A stretch of DNA of 64,000 nucleotides from Phoronis australis (taxonomy: Eukaryota; Animalia; Phoronida). Below the pieces are notes generated by a model that saw only the letters and a list, made by a program, of their open reading frames with translations, was not told the origin of the DNA and made no database searches. The stretch covers positions 147,219 through 211,218 of the forward strand of contig NMRA01000329.1 of the NCBI GenBank assembly GCA_002633005.1. The letters run 5' to 3'. Every line of letters starts with the position of its first letter. Position 1 is the stretch's first letter. Of this stretch, positions 41,701 to 54,200 are shown in pieces. The position numbers were made by a program, and so were the translations under genes.

Positions 41701-42780
41701 CGATTTCCACAGAAAATTCAGCGAAGCTGACATGCCTCTAATCAAAGTTAACAATTAAATTATTACTAGAGTTCCAAATTATAAATCTCTAAGTCTTTTT
41801 GTAGACAGTCATCGTTCCCGCATGTTCAGAAATTTTCTAATAAAATTGACAAAACTGTGGGCGTTCTAAGCATATTGAAACACTATTTTCCCAAACACAT
41901 ACTCCTGATAATATACAATGCACTTGTACCCTTATATCGATAATTTGGTATACCAATAAGGGGGTTGAATAATTGTACGAAATTGCAACTTTTGAAGAAA
42001 AAATATTTGAGAAATGTCAACAATTCTTCGTTTTTTCACACACACAGAACTGATTTGCTGGAAAATTAGAACAATTTTTCTTGGCGACATTTTTAACCAA
42101 GCTTGCTTAAAATACGTTCGTAAATGCAAACATAAGCAATTACCCATTTACTTTTATAATGACAACCTTTTCCAATTCTATCAGTCACCATCATCATCCT
42201 AGCATACACTGTACATGTATGTAGTCAACAACCCATCTTCTTAGCATATGTAGTCAACAACCCATGTACCTACAACAGCAAAAGTAAAAAAATCGTTCAT
42301 GCTAAAATTATACCGAATTTAATAAAAAAACCGTATTCTTCCGAGATAAGCAACATACAAAATTGACACGCATGGGTTCTACATCTATTTAAAAAAATAC
42401 AACTTAAGTACTTACAGATATTGTTATCCATGATCTAATTGAAATATTCGTGATCACCTGTCTTACGTCTTGGACATGACTTTTAACCTCGCGGTTTCCC
42501 AAGTATCTATAGTTCCATTGTACAAATCCTTGTGAAATACTTGTAATTTACGTTTTTTAATAATCCTATCTTGTACTTTATTTCACTGTGTATGTATTTT
42601 TCTGCCAACAGCTTTGTTGTTCTTCTTACTTGTTATTATCTATTTAATTTATTGTTATTCGGTGGTCAGCTATTAGCGGCCTGTGCCTTTGCTGGCCACC
42701 CAATCATATAACAATGTATGTTTTATATGATTTCTCTCTAAAATCGTCAAACCAGGTGATTGGTTAAACGTAAATATTTA
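38740..42780 (+). mobile_element. Degenerate CR1/L2-clade LINE ORF2 (APE end plus RT)
   Basis: AGDFN (38798), ITFPTRLTNNTCTLID, GILKSIKVRDKIYK, ITDQFNNYFINI, VKVAKV, YRPIS, PQGSIFG, YVNDI, VYAGD; many frameshifts. Confidence 0.88.
39607..40760. mobile_element. ~1.15-kb insert with ~230-bp diverged direct terminal repeats, nested in the LINE
   Basis: cttggtaggc...atttggtattatgtac...aacctgtgccactta...tacacattgggtatcgcaaa...gtgttatctcttgtaatt occurs at 39607-39750 and 40523-40655. The LINE frame stops at GHITDK and resumes at ITDQFNNYF. Confidence 0.65.
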
Positions 42781-45237
42781 TTATCAGAATAGAAAGTCAC
42801 GTAATATGGGCGGCGCAGCACTGAAAGTGGGGGGCTATAGCCCTCTAGCACCCCGGTGGTGCACTGCCCATAGACCAAGAGCGGCGCTGCGCTGCAAAAA
42901 ATAGGGGGTTATAGCCCCACCCCCCAGCCTCCATTCTGCTCCGTCCATGCGTAAAGTTGTCACGAAAAACAACTCGAGTAGGGAAAGGTTTTGGCTACAT
43001 GTGAAGTTGTTTATGAATTCATACGTTATGTGCATGAATTTGTTCGTCCTCAATCTCGTAATCAGCGTTATATTGGACACACGGTATGCTCTCTCACGTG
43101 ACTGTTGTTCATGCATTTGCAAGGTTGATCCATTCACCTCCATTTTTTCATCAACATGATCTGAAATTATCTGTAGTATAGATATAGATTTTTACATGGC
43201 GAAGTCGTTATCCCCCGTTATCTAGAGCCCGAGTGGATTTTTGAGAATTGTCGCCCTAGGCGCGTTAGCCCCAAGGGTGATAATTCTACAAAATACAGGA
43301 TTCGTGAAATAATGTCTCGTGGGATATTACTTTATCAGCGCCACTCTCGGTACGTTTTGTGTATACATTTTGTACTTCATATTGGAAAATTAGGAATTGA
43401 TGTTCAACAAAATATCGTTGACTTTCAATTTTAGTACTTCGCTTTTCGGGATTTGGTAACTGTGCTGTCCTTGAGAATTATTTTACTTTCAAGTGAAGTA
43501 ATTGGTTGCATGCGTCTCTAATGTAAATAAAATACACACAAAGTCCCAAAGTACTGCATTAAAGTGGATAATAGTGTTAAAACAGTACGACCAGTGTACA
43601 GTTTTGCTGATTTAACTTTTATGTTGTCTGTCATACACAACACACTCAAAAACTTCAGGCTTACAGTGTATATTCGTATAAAAGGTCAAACAGTTTGGGC
43701 CTGCTTCGAGAGAATAACGTTGAAATTTCCAAGTTTTACCTTCGTGTACAACAGTCCGTATTAGTAACAAGAAAGTTTACGTATTGTGTCGCTTGAAATA
43801 AAGTGATCATTGCGCTATATCATCCATTTTAGACCATCTCATCAAATCCTGCAACATAACATACGTTTTGTATCGTGATTATATTTAGAGAGGTGTTGTC
43901 ACAAATATATCGGGTAATACGAAAAAGCCAAATTGTTCTCACACTTGAAAAAGATGTTTCACTTATTGCTGACTTTTGAAATAGCCGCGTCATTATATTT
44001 AAATTCACTATTCTGCCCGACGGCGATCAAGTTTTTTGTGGACAGCTGTTCAGCGCCACCTAGAAATGTACAGCGGACAAAGGGTTTCAACCTGGTGGTA
44101 TGAACACCGTTTTAACGCCTTTCTTATCATAATGCCGGCAACTTTTCACTAATGAGCGGTGGGATATATTAATGTCTCAGAAAAGACAAAACTTTTGAAA
44201 TATCCATGGATGAAAGACTCCGTCTACCATACATTTCCCACATCGAAAGAGAATCCTCGGCTTCATGGTCGGTGGCTCCCACTGATACTGCGGTGGAATT
44301 CCGATATCAGCCGATATGAAAAAAACTATAATAAACTAGAGAGGTTAACCTAATCAAGCAATGGGAGGGGTTTAACAATGGAATTTGTTCATCTGTTTTT
44401 AAATTAATAAACTGCCACGTAGCAATAACTTTTTTCTTCCCAATCTGAGTCGGGATCAAGCGGAAGTCGGATTTTCGCTGTCATTACTCTAAAACGTGTC
44501 AATACTAAAAGTCCCCTGTTAGATTTTCTTAGTCTTTGTTATGTTGTTGAACACTTTAAGAAGTTTCATCTGATCTTCAATTTGTTATCATTGCAATTTG
44601 TTTGTGTTATTGGCCTCCTTTGAGCGCAAATCACTCGGATAACTCGGGCAAACGTGTGATCCGATTCGAAGTCAAGTCCTTTGCGGTGAAAGACGCATGC
44701 CCAATTTCGACGCCTTGAAACACACTTGTGCCGATTGATTTGCTGTCTACAAAGTGGAATCGGCAAGAGCGTTGGGCATTACGTACGTAATGACGCGACT
44801 CCGAACAGTTGAACCTAAGTGCATTCGTATTCAGTCGTTTTCGAAGCTTAAACATCAGAAACCCGTGAAAACTCCTTTTCCGTACATCAAAAGTGTTTCA
44901 ACATTGCTTTAATTATTTGAAATTTTCAGAAAATGGATTTCAATTCCTTGTTGTGAAATCAGTATTAATATACCGAATACAGATAGCTTTCATTGGACAA
45001 TCGATTTTTAGCGCTTGCATTTACAATGTACATACGCATTCATATATACGTGTAATTTATTTCGGAGTTATCAGCGCGATTAGCTTCACTGCAAACGTGA
45101 CTGCGCTCTCACAAAAATTCACGGACCGTTTGAACTGAAAGTCGTTTTACTTTTAACTCACATTTCAATACCAAAGACCAAACGCGGACCATTTTTGATG
45201 AAGAGGTTTTAGTAGCAAAAGGCATCTGACAAGTAAA

Positions 45238-48200
45238 ATGTTTCATAACGGATTTGTGCCTTGTTTGGTAGCATTGGCGCTGTTGGCTGTAACAAGTAAG
45301 TACACGTAGTTATTATGTTTTAAGTAACCTTGAGCCATTCGGTGGGTCACAAATGCTAAATTTCTTCCGGAAAAGAACAACATTGTCAGGTTTCCACCTA
45401 TAAGCTCCATTCCGACCATGGCACGATCATGAACTTTTTGCCAAAAACATGCCTTACTATTTTACATGAACGTTTCATGTGAGTCGTCGTTAAGTTGAAC
45501 GAAAGCATTCGACCCTCATCACTGCGACAAACAGATTGCTCTGAGAAGACCTGGGTAAATGAAAAGTGAAATTTTTTTAAAAAGAAAAAGATAATCAAGC
45601 AAGAAGCTGTTGTTGCCATTTTCATTTTGCAGAATCCTTTCGGAGTTATGTTACAATTTTAGTAGCAATGGCTCTTCGGGCCAATGCACTTTCGAGATTA
45701 TAGAGTTCTACATAAACAAGATACAATTCAACGTTTCTAAAAATTAATGACTGGCATTAATCATGCATTCAGATATTGTTTTAATCAATTCAAAAACACA
45801 AATGCAAATGTAGTGTTATATTTATCGGGTGTTGGGAAATCTTGTTTAATCTTCATTTTCTTTTATAGTAACTCTTAAGCCCTGGTAGGGACGGGTTTCA
45901 TTATACAAAATTGTGTAGTCATTATGCTTCGGAACATGTCACTTTAAGGAGCACACGGGTCTTTTTGATGCAACTAGATTTTATGGTATGTAGCGGCATC
46001 CAAGAGGGTGCTGTAACCCCACAAACTCATCCAACAGCCGAAACTGTTGCAGTCCTCAAATTGTAACAGTTTTGTGGATTGTTTTAAAAACACTACGACC
46101 CCGTCGACCCACGGCCCTCTCGACGCAAGACCCCCTCGACCCACGACCACCTCGACTCACGACCCACAACAACCTCGATCCGGTCTACACAAGCTCGAAT
46201 TCATCTGAACATACAGCTGTAGAACAAGAGCTGACTTACAGGACCAATGAGTCGGACCGTGACCTCGGCTGGCTTTTCCCTGGTGTTGCAATTAAGAAGT
46301 CGATTCGGCAAGTTTGAAAGCCAAAAACAAAAAAACGACGCCACAAAACCAAATGAAAGACTTGCCAACGATACAAATGTTGTTCCCGGTAGAGTGTAAT
46401 CGTCCTCTCTGCTTTTCAGTGAAAGGCAGATTAAAGCTGGTTGGTCGAGGGGGTTGTGGGGTGTGGGGGTAGAGGGGTTTTGGAACAATCCCAGTTTTGC
46501 ATACGTTCGAAGCATAAACTGTCCCATTCTGTTTGGGTTTTGCGATTGCGCAACCTGTTGTAAACCTCAGTTGCGACAGTTTGTGTACACATTCGAAGAA
46601 CAAGTTATCCATTACAAATTTAATAAAATCAAAACTCATATAATTTCAATGATGGTTTGTGCAATTACTGCACTCTACAGTTTCCAATGGGTTTGTTTGG
46701 CAGTGCACATATCACTGGACATGACGCCTTTGATCTACTCTGTCGAAAACTCTGTGAACAAAATGGTTAGCGTCACTTCTCCTCAAAAACGCTGCACAGG
46801 AAAACAAAAACTTTATTCGGTTTCCTTTACATATTTTTCTCGTTTAAATTCGAGGCTCCGAATGCAGACGGCAAAACGCAAACATTGACAATTTCGAAAA
46901 ATGAACCACCACTTGTATGCCAGTGTTCGACACGAGCCAACACTAGATTATGAAAGCATACCGATTCAACAAATGTGGTCCAAAAGTGCTGCCATCCAAT
47001 CAATATTTTACAACCCTGGGTTATCTGAGGGATACCAGAAACTGTAGCAAATTCCTTGGTCCTGTAAAGCATTTAAAAATGCTACAGGGAGAAGGACACC
47101 ATCTCAAAGAAAAGTGGAAATACAGCCAAACTTCTGAAGTTCTTATTCAAAACATATTCACAAACAAGGGATGGCAGAATGACGTCGACGGTTAAATTGT
47201 TCAGAGTGCCTTTTTACACATTCTAACAATTTTATCCTGGCTCATGCGTTTGTTTCAAAATAAATAGACGTAAATGAAACAACAAGCATGGATCACTGAA
47301 ATTTTGTGATATAATAACATCCTTCGTCAAGGAAGGACATTATATCAGAACATTTCAGTGATCCATTTTTGTTGTTTTATTTACGTATTTTTATTCTACT
47401 TTTCGACACACAAGTGTATCCTGTAGAAGATCTGGATCGCCTCTTTTAGTTTTCAATTTATTTTCTACGTTATTTTGCAAAATAAAACACACTGAAACAT
47501 TACGGAAATTTTCCGATTGTGATGTTTAGAATGAAATTTGCATAATGCAGATCAATGGTAACAACGTTTTGTACATTTTATTGTTATGTTATTAGTCTAA
47601 GAACTCTCGCACGATTGATTACATGTTGATATTACTTAAATAAAGTGCCATTAGGCATACCTAACAAACGATACAAATTACTTAATGCATATTTGTTAAA
47701 TCATGCAAGTACGATGGATTGTCATCTATTGCTTATCGAATTGCCGGTGTTGGAATAAAAATTTCGAAGTTGTCAGCATATGTAAAGTAACTTCGATACA
47801 AGATTAGTCGAATTAAAGGCAGGTTAGATCATTCACACATTGGATAAAACGTAAATTCAGTTGAACTAATAGTTGCATCAACATTTCACAGACTATTTAG
47901 AGACGTACATGGTTTGTGTTCACTAAATTTCTGTGAAACGTAACAAGGTAGACAAATAAAATGTACAATGCGTAATTTGATAACCAAAAACTTCGAAATT
48001 ACAAATCCTAGAGAATTATTCCGTATTCTAAAATGAAATAATTTATGAGGTCCATACGTGTCATGGGTCGATTAAAGGAGTTAAAATTTCTCAACCTGTT
48101 TCAATGGTTTCTTTATTACATGTATTTTATTATTGTTTTACTACTTTATTGTATTATATTACTGTTTTATATTTTGTTGTTGAGGACCCACTTGGAAAGC

Positions 48201-51200
48201 AGTGCTATCACGGAAGAGGCCACCCTCATTTTACATATTGTAATAAATAAATCATTAACCGCAACAGCATATTATCTTTCATCTAAACAGGAAGATACTG
48301 AGGTCTGCAAACTGGTAGAGTTGTCCAATCTCGACCGGATAGTGTGTCAACGTAGGATTCTTTTCATGGCATCGACAGTGCGAATCATAAGATGATATAC
48401 ATTTACATGTACGTAGTACAAGAGCAGTTTCAATGCCTGTGCGTGGCTGACTACTACGTTGTAATCATAAACCAAAGCTGTACATCCCTGTCAGATCATA
48501 GTATAGTACATGACCGCGACCTGGAATTGAATAAGCTTAGGACATTCTTCGCTTAAAAGACACCTTATATTGACGACCGGGGCATCTCTAAATGTTTTAA
48601 CAGGACTAAAGCAGTGGCGGATTTGGGGGGCAAGGGGGCCATGACCCATTAAAATTCTACAAGAGTCTATTTGGCAGTTTGGAGTGCGAACGTCTGACGA
48701 GCAAAAGCCTGGCTAATACTCCGCTCTGGCCCCCTTAACTCAAAACCCTGGATCCGTCTCTGTAAAGTGTCAGTCAACTTTTTAAACTTTTTAACTTAAA
48801 AGTCAAAAAGGGAAGAAGACAGTCAAAATCAGATGTTTTTCAAGTAGTCTGCAATGATATGGCAATTCTAATGATTAGAGGTTGGTGGATTTTCCTGGAT
48901 TCTGCTCTGGCTAAGAAATCGCGGCTCAAAAAGCATTCCCAATTTTGACATTGCAAAAAATCACGCAAAGCACCCACATTACAAAACCTTAAACATTGCG
49001 CAACGGTTATTGAGATTTGTCGAATTCACGGGAATTAATAAGATTACAGTTGCATCTCATCAGCAACACTACTTCGATGTTAAAACTTTTCTTCTAACCT
49101 GCGATCGTACCTAAAAGTAAACTCCCCGGAAATAATTAGTTTTCGTAGTTTCCAATCAATAGAGCTTTTAAAAAGCCAGCCAGAGTCAATGTAATAAATC
49201 CTACCCTTCACACAAAAATTCAGGGATAACTGTTGCATAGCATTTATTACTTTCTAGTCTGATCTGATAAAGCCCTCATTTAGTACTACCAGGAAAACGT
49301 GTTGGCTGGTGTTATGTAGGTAGCACTCAACAGTTTTTGCTGATTTGGGGCTTGCAAAATCACGTCAAGTCTAATCCAACAATGTGTTCCACAGGATGCA
49401 CAAAACCTGAAAATGTGAAGAGTATAAGGGGGCAAAGTCTTCAAAAACGTTTCACAGAATCTATTGAAACTGATTCCATAGTCAAATTTTCCACCTTCTA
49501 CGACTAGTGGAAGTGCAGCCGGCTACATGAAAAACGAGCTAAGATATGCCAAATCACCAGCTTTCACCCCAAAGTCACCGTTTCCATGCGGTTACAAATA
49601 ACTGAGAGACAGTGCATTCAGACCACCAAAACTTCCCAAATTCCAGAAATCGGGTGAAAAGTGGGTGTCGACCAGCCAGATTATCAGAAATCCAAAGAGT
49701 CCGAAGTTTCCCGCCAAATGATTTAATGTGTTGAAGACGTTTGGTCACTTTACAATCCATTGCAGCAGATTCGAAGACGAGGATGATTTTGTGCGAGAAC
49801 TGGACAATTATTATGCAAAAAGAGAAGAGAGTGGATACTGGTATCACACTCAATTACTTGAAGAATCAGACCATGAATTCGATTTCCCCACTTTGCAAAC
49901 TTTCGTGGGATTTGGGGCTGTATGAACTCGACCCACTTGCACGAGAAATGCTGCCGACCAAGGGGTGGTCATTATTCGCAAAATAGACACTTAAAGGAGA
50001 ATACCTCCCAAAAAACATCCTATTTTGTATCAATTTAGATCGAGTAGTTCCACTCGATAACAGCAAGTTCAGGTGTTTTACCTTACACTTGAGGGCAGAC
50101 GGAGGTGTTGAAATTAACCAATGACGTAATCTTTTCGAACGCAGTCTGTTCAGCTGTTCACAACACGCTTACTAGCGTCAACTTTTCGCTTGTGAATGCA
50201 TGGTTTTACACAAATAAATCACCAAATTTCGATGTAAAACCCTTACAAATACATCAAGTTCGTGAACAAGCGTGTTGTTTTATTTCACTGTAACAGATTT
50301 ATAGGTATTTCTGAAAGTACGGTAGTCTACAGAGTTCGGACAAGGAGTATAATCTCCTACAGGTTCGGTAGACCTATTTATGATGGTCGATCGCGGGGGT
50401 TTGGCTCTGTTTGGTTATGAATTCGAATCATTCTTCCGTGAAATACAGACATAAAAGATAGCTGTGTGTTGTACTTTTAGACTTGCGATTTTTTCAGTTC
50501 TAAACACACAAAACGCTTGTTATCCCAGCCAGTGCCTCGGAACCCGATCAGGCCGTCGGGGCCGCCGGGACTGGACATCACGAACATAAACCAGCTTAAG
50601 TTGGAAACTAAACCTCCTGTCACGAAAAGACTATACTAGTGAGCCAAAGAAATAATGTGCACGTAATTATTTTGGTGAATTAGCCACGAAACTGCAAATC
50701 TAATTACTTGTCGTGGGCCGCGAACGATGTGAATAATGAATATGTATATCTAAATAAAAATTCCACTAACATGTGACCATAGCATATAAAATCGAGTTAT
50801 TGTTTCACAACAGCTTTCTGTCAGCAAACACTGAATTAGCGGCATGCGCTCACACGTCCTCGGTGCCCGGTCAATTACCTTTAATGCATCTGAAGCCGGT
50901 AACGCAGTGGTTTATTCATTGCTGGCTTCTAAAAACTTGCACTCACGAATATTCCAAAGGCATTACAAATTGTATCTAATGAGACAGACTTTGTTTCAGT
51001 TTTATATAAGCATTGGGTAGGGTGAAAATAATTCATTTTGAAACAAAACGCAGAAAAATAAACGTCTACATGGCAACTCGCAATCCCGACTTAGACGAGA
51101 GCTCATCAGACGAAGACTTCGCAGGTGGATCGTTAAGATTCACAGGCTATCAGTGGGAACCGCAATACAGTGATCAAGAAATACTAGTAAAACGCCGTGA

Positions 51201-54200
51201 ACATGCACACGTAACGGAAATTATGGGTAAGAAACAATAAATAAATCTACTACTGGACTTACGTATGTAGAGATGGCTACGTTGCGTCCTCCTCTCGAGG
51301 ACTTCATCAGGCCATTGAGTTGTCACGTGACTTGTCATGTGATCCGTCGTGTAGTTTCCGCGGGATTCTCTTCAGCGCCCTATCCCATGTCCTAGGTAAG
51401 TGAAACCGCAGCCCCCCCTGTCTATTGAGGCTAGGATTCTCGATTCTCTCGTAGATAACTTCTTTGACCCCTCTCTGAAACCAATTCTCTTCTCTATCCA
51501 GGATCTTCACATCTTCCATGGCGAAAGAGTGGTCCGTGGAAGCCATGTGAGTAAAAACTGCAGAATCATAGCAGTCCCCATAACTGGACCTCCGATGCTG
51601 GTTGAAACGACTTTTCAGGGCTTGCTTGGTTTCCCCAATGTATGCTGCTCCACACCCCAGTTCCGAGCATGAAATGCCATACACCACATTTGATGTTTTC
51701 TCTCTGCTGGTTTTGTCTTTCACATTTAACAATTGACTCCTTATGGTGTTAACAGGTTTGAATACAACAGCAATGTCATGTCCCCTCATATGTGATTTGA
51801 TCTGATCAGCGATNNNNNNNNNNNNNNNNNNNNNNNNNNNNNNNNNNNNNNNNNNNNNNNNNNNNNNNNNNNNNNNNNNNNNNNNNNNNNNNNNNNNNNN
51901 NNNNNNNNNNNNCCACTCTTTCGCCATGGAAGATGTGAAGATCCTGGATAGAGAAGAGAATTGGTTTCGGAGAGGGGTCAAAGAAGCTATCTACGAGAGA
52001 ATCGAGAATCCTAGCCTCAATAGACAGGGGGGCTGCGGTTTCACTTACCTAGGACATGGGATAGGGCGCTGAAGAGAATCCCGCGGAAACTACACGACGG
52101 ATCACATGACAAGTCACGTGACAACTCAGTAGCCTGATGAAGTCCTCGAGAGGAGGACGCAACGTAGCCATCTCTACATACGTACATGTAAGTCCAGTAG
52201 TAGATTTATTTATTGTTTCTTATATTGCCCAACTGGATGACTGAAAACATTCATCGGAAATTATGGGTAGTTCTTTGGTAAGCAGGCATTTTTCAACTCA
52301 CTATCGACGACAGCCGGCCACAGACACGGAGACGTTTCACGGCCTCATGCTTGCTATTAACAACGTACTTTTCATTCTTCACTTCCCTTAGCCACTTCCT
52401 AAGCATTTCGGACTCTCGGGTAAGTCGAACAAACGATATACCCGCTTTCCTCGCAGCTACATAGTTCGGACAAGCGGGAACGATGCACCGCAACATGGCG
52501 GCATTCACTCTGCAAATGAACCTCTGACGTCGCTGCGTCGTTTCTTTCCTTCCTCACAGGTTTACGCGATACCTCTCGGCAAGGTAAAGTCGACCGTATG
52601 CGAGGCGATGTGGATATGACCGATTAAGACGGTAGAAAGACTATTTAAATCGGGTGGCAATCTTCTTTAATGATTACTGACAAAGGCGACAGTAAACCTG
52701 GATCACTCGTATTCACTATTGCCATGTGGGAATGAGCACGGTCTAAACACAATGCGTAAGCCTACATGTACGAGTTGTAGCACTCAGTGTGGGCCGGCGT
52801 CGAGGGCCTGGCATTACTCAGCCTGGAATGCAGCCAGTTTGCTCGTTATTTATAGAATTTACAAATACACTTAAAAGCCAAAGTGTGGCTCCCGACCGCA
52901 TCACATGTTCCACATTGACATTCTACACTCTCGTGTGGCGCGCAATGCCATTTCTGTGCAACTTTCACGTATATAGGAAATTTGAACACAAAAAACGTTC
53001 TCATCCAAGTTACTGTTACCACAGCCTCCACAAACGCACCTTTTCAAGTCTGTAAACGGCGGCTCACCGCGGACTTTCCTCACAACTACTCACTATCTCA
53101 CTGGTAAAACAACAACAGCGGAGACGGTTTTGCACCCACAGCGTTGATAACATTTTTTTATTTTAATTCTTGGCTTGTTTCTTAGCAATAAGTATACTAA
53201 AGACTTTTTAATCTCTTAAGATGTATTAATAATTTTATTTTGAGACACAGGATCATGGTGGAAACTCTAATTTAAGTATCGATTATGACGGGTTGGTCAC
53301 AATCTGGCGTTGGTGTAAAAAACCCAAATGTTAGCGTAGGATTTGTTTCATGTATGAAATCACTTGTCCGTCATTTTGAGTTCTAATTTTATGACATTTT
53401 GTATCAGATGGCAAGATCGACACTTTCGGTGGAAATAGCGACGGTGCAATGTGTGTGTTCCCATTCGTCTACAACTATCGGACATACTATGGGTGTATTA
53501 CGTTGGATAAACAACAGCCGTGGTGTGCCACTACCTCTAATTATGACAATGATCAGAAATGGGGCTACTGTGCAGGTAATACGTCGAGAATGACTTTGAA
53601 ATCGTCTATGACACGAATTAAGTAATTGAAAGCTTTCGGTTCTCTACTTAATCTCACCTCAAAGCTCCGGCTGCTGTTGGTCTCGGAACCGGTAAATGCG
53701 CTAGTGTTGGCGAAGTGTTTGTCAAAGTGAATGGAAAGGCAGCAGCTTCAGTGGGTTCCCTCAGAGAAACACTTCGATTTACTCAGTTTACCGCTGTGAA
53801 ACATGTTTCAAATATTTTCCTACATAGACGTGTATTCATCTTTGAAAAAACAGCCAGGCTTACAACCTCACGTTTTATTCCCCCCTCACCTTACCGGCTT
53901 CCACTGCTTGCAAAAGTTCAGTGTTAACTCTCACGTGTACTTAACCTGCTGTCGCTAATATCCAGGTTCATCCACGTTATGATGGTTGCACAAAGAAGAA
54001 TTTCAAGTTCATTGATGGTATAGAACGGGTTATGCTCCCTGAATAGTCACTTGCCTATCAAAACGTCATTGTTCTGCTTCCGAGACTTCGGCTCAAGTGA
54101 AGTGAATGAAGTTCATCGTGTGGTTTATACAGGATGAAATACAGTGGAGAATTAAGGAATGACTAATCTCAGAATCGCACGTCGCGATATTACATTTTAC

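Larger units (their letters stand above)
51230..52254. mobile_element. Penelope-like retroelement (GIY-YIG endonuclease end) with inverted arms, a 15-bp TSD and a central assembly gap
   Basis: Left arm (minus): NVVYGISCSELGCGAAYIGETKQALKSRFNQH...SAVFTH...WFQRGVKE...PSLNRQGG. Right arm 51913-52221 is the reverse complement of 51229-51535. TSD cggaaattatgggta at 51215-51229 and 52255-52269. Confidence 0.92.
49995..52666. mobile_element. Internally deleted Kolobok transposon: KolX-like 5' stub (+, ATG 51070) and THAP stub (-, 52496-52293)
   Basis: TTAA|AGGAGAATACCTCCC ... GGGTGGCAATCTTCT|TTAA (11/15 TIR match). MATRNPDLDESSSDEDF...GYQWEPQY on plus; MLRCIVPACPN...LRKW...LRVCG (THAP C2CH start) on minus. 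Confidence 0.8.

Noticed and set aside
44650-44720. tRNA-like B-box sequences (also ~9580, ~25125, ~55135)
   Set aside because: No cloverleaf can be folded; at most decayed SINE heads.
51307-51981. 224-aa ORF spanning the N gap
   Set aside because: Its N-terminus (MTPLRNQFSS...) is the antisense of the right inverted arm read through Ns. Only 51307-51813 is real GIY-YIG coding sequence.
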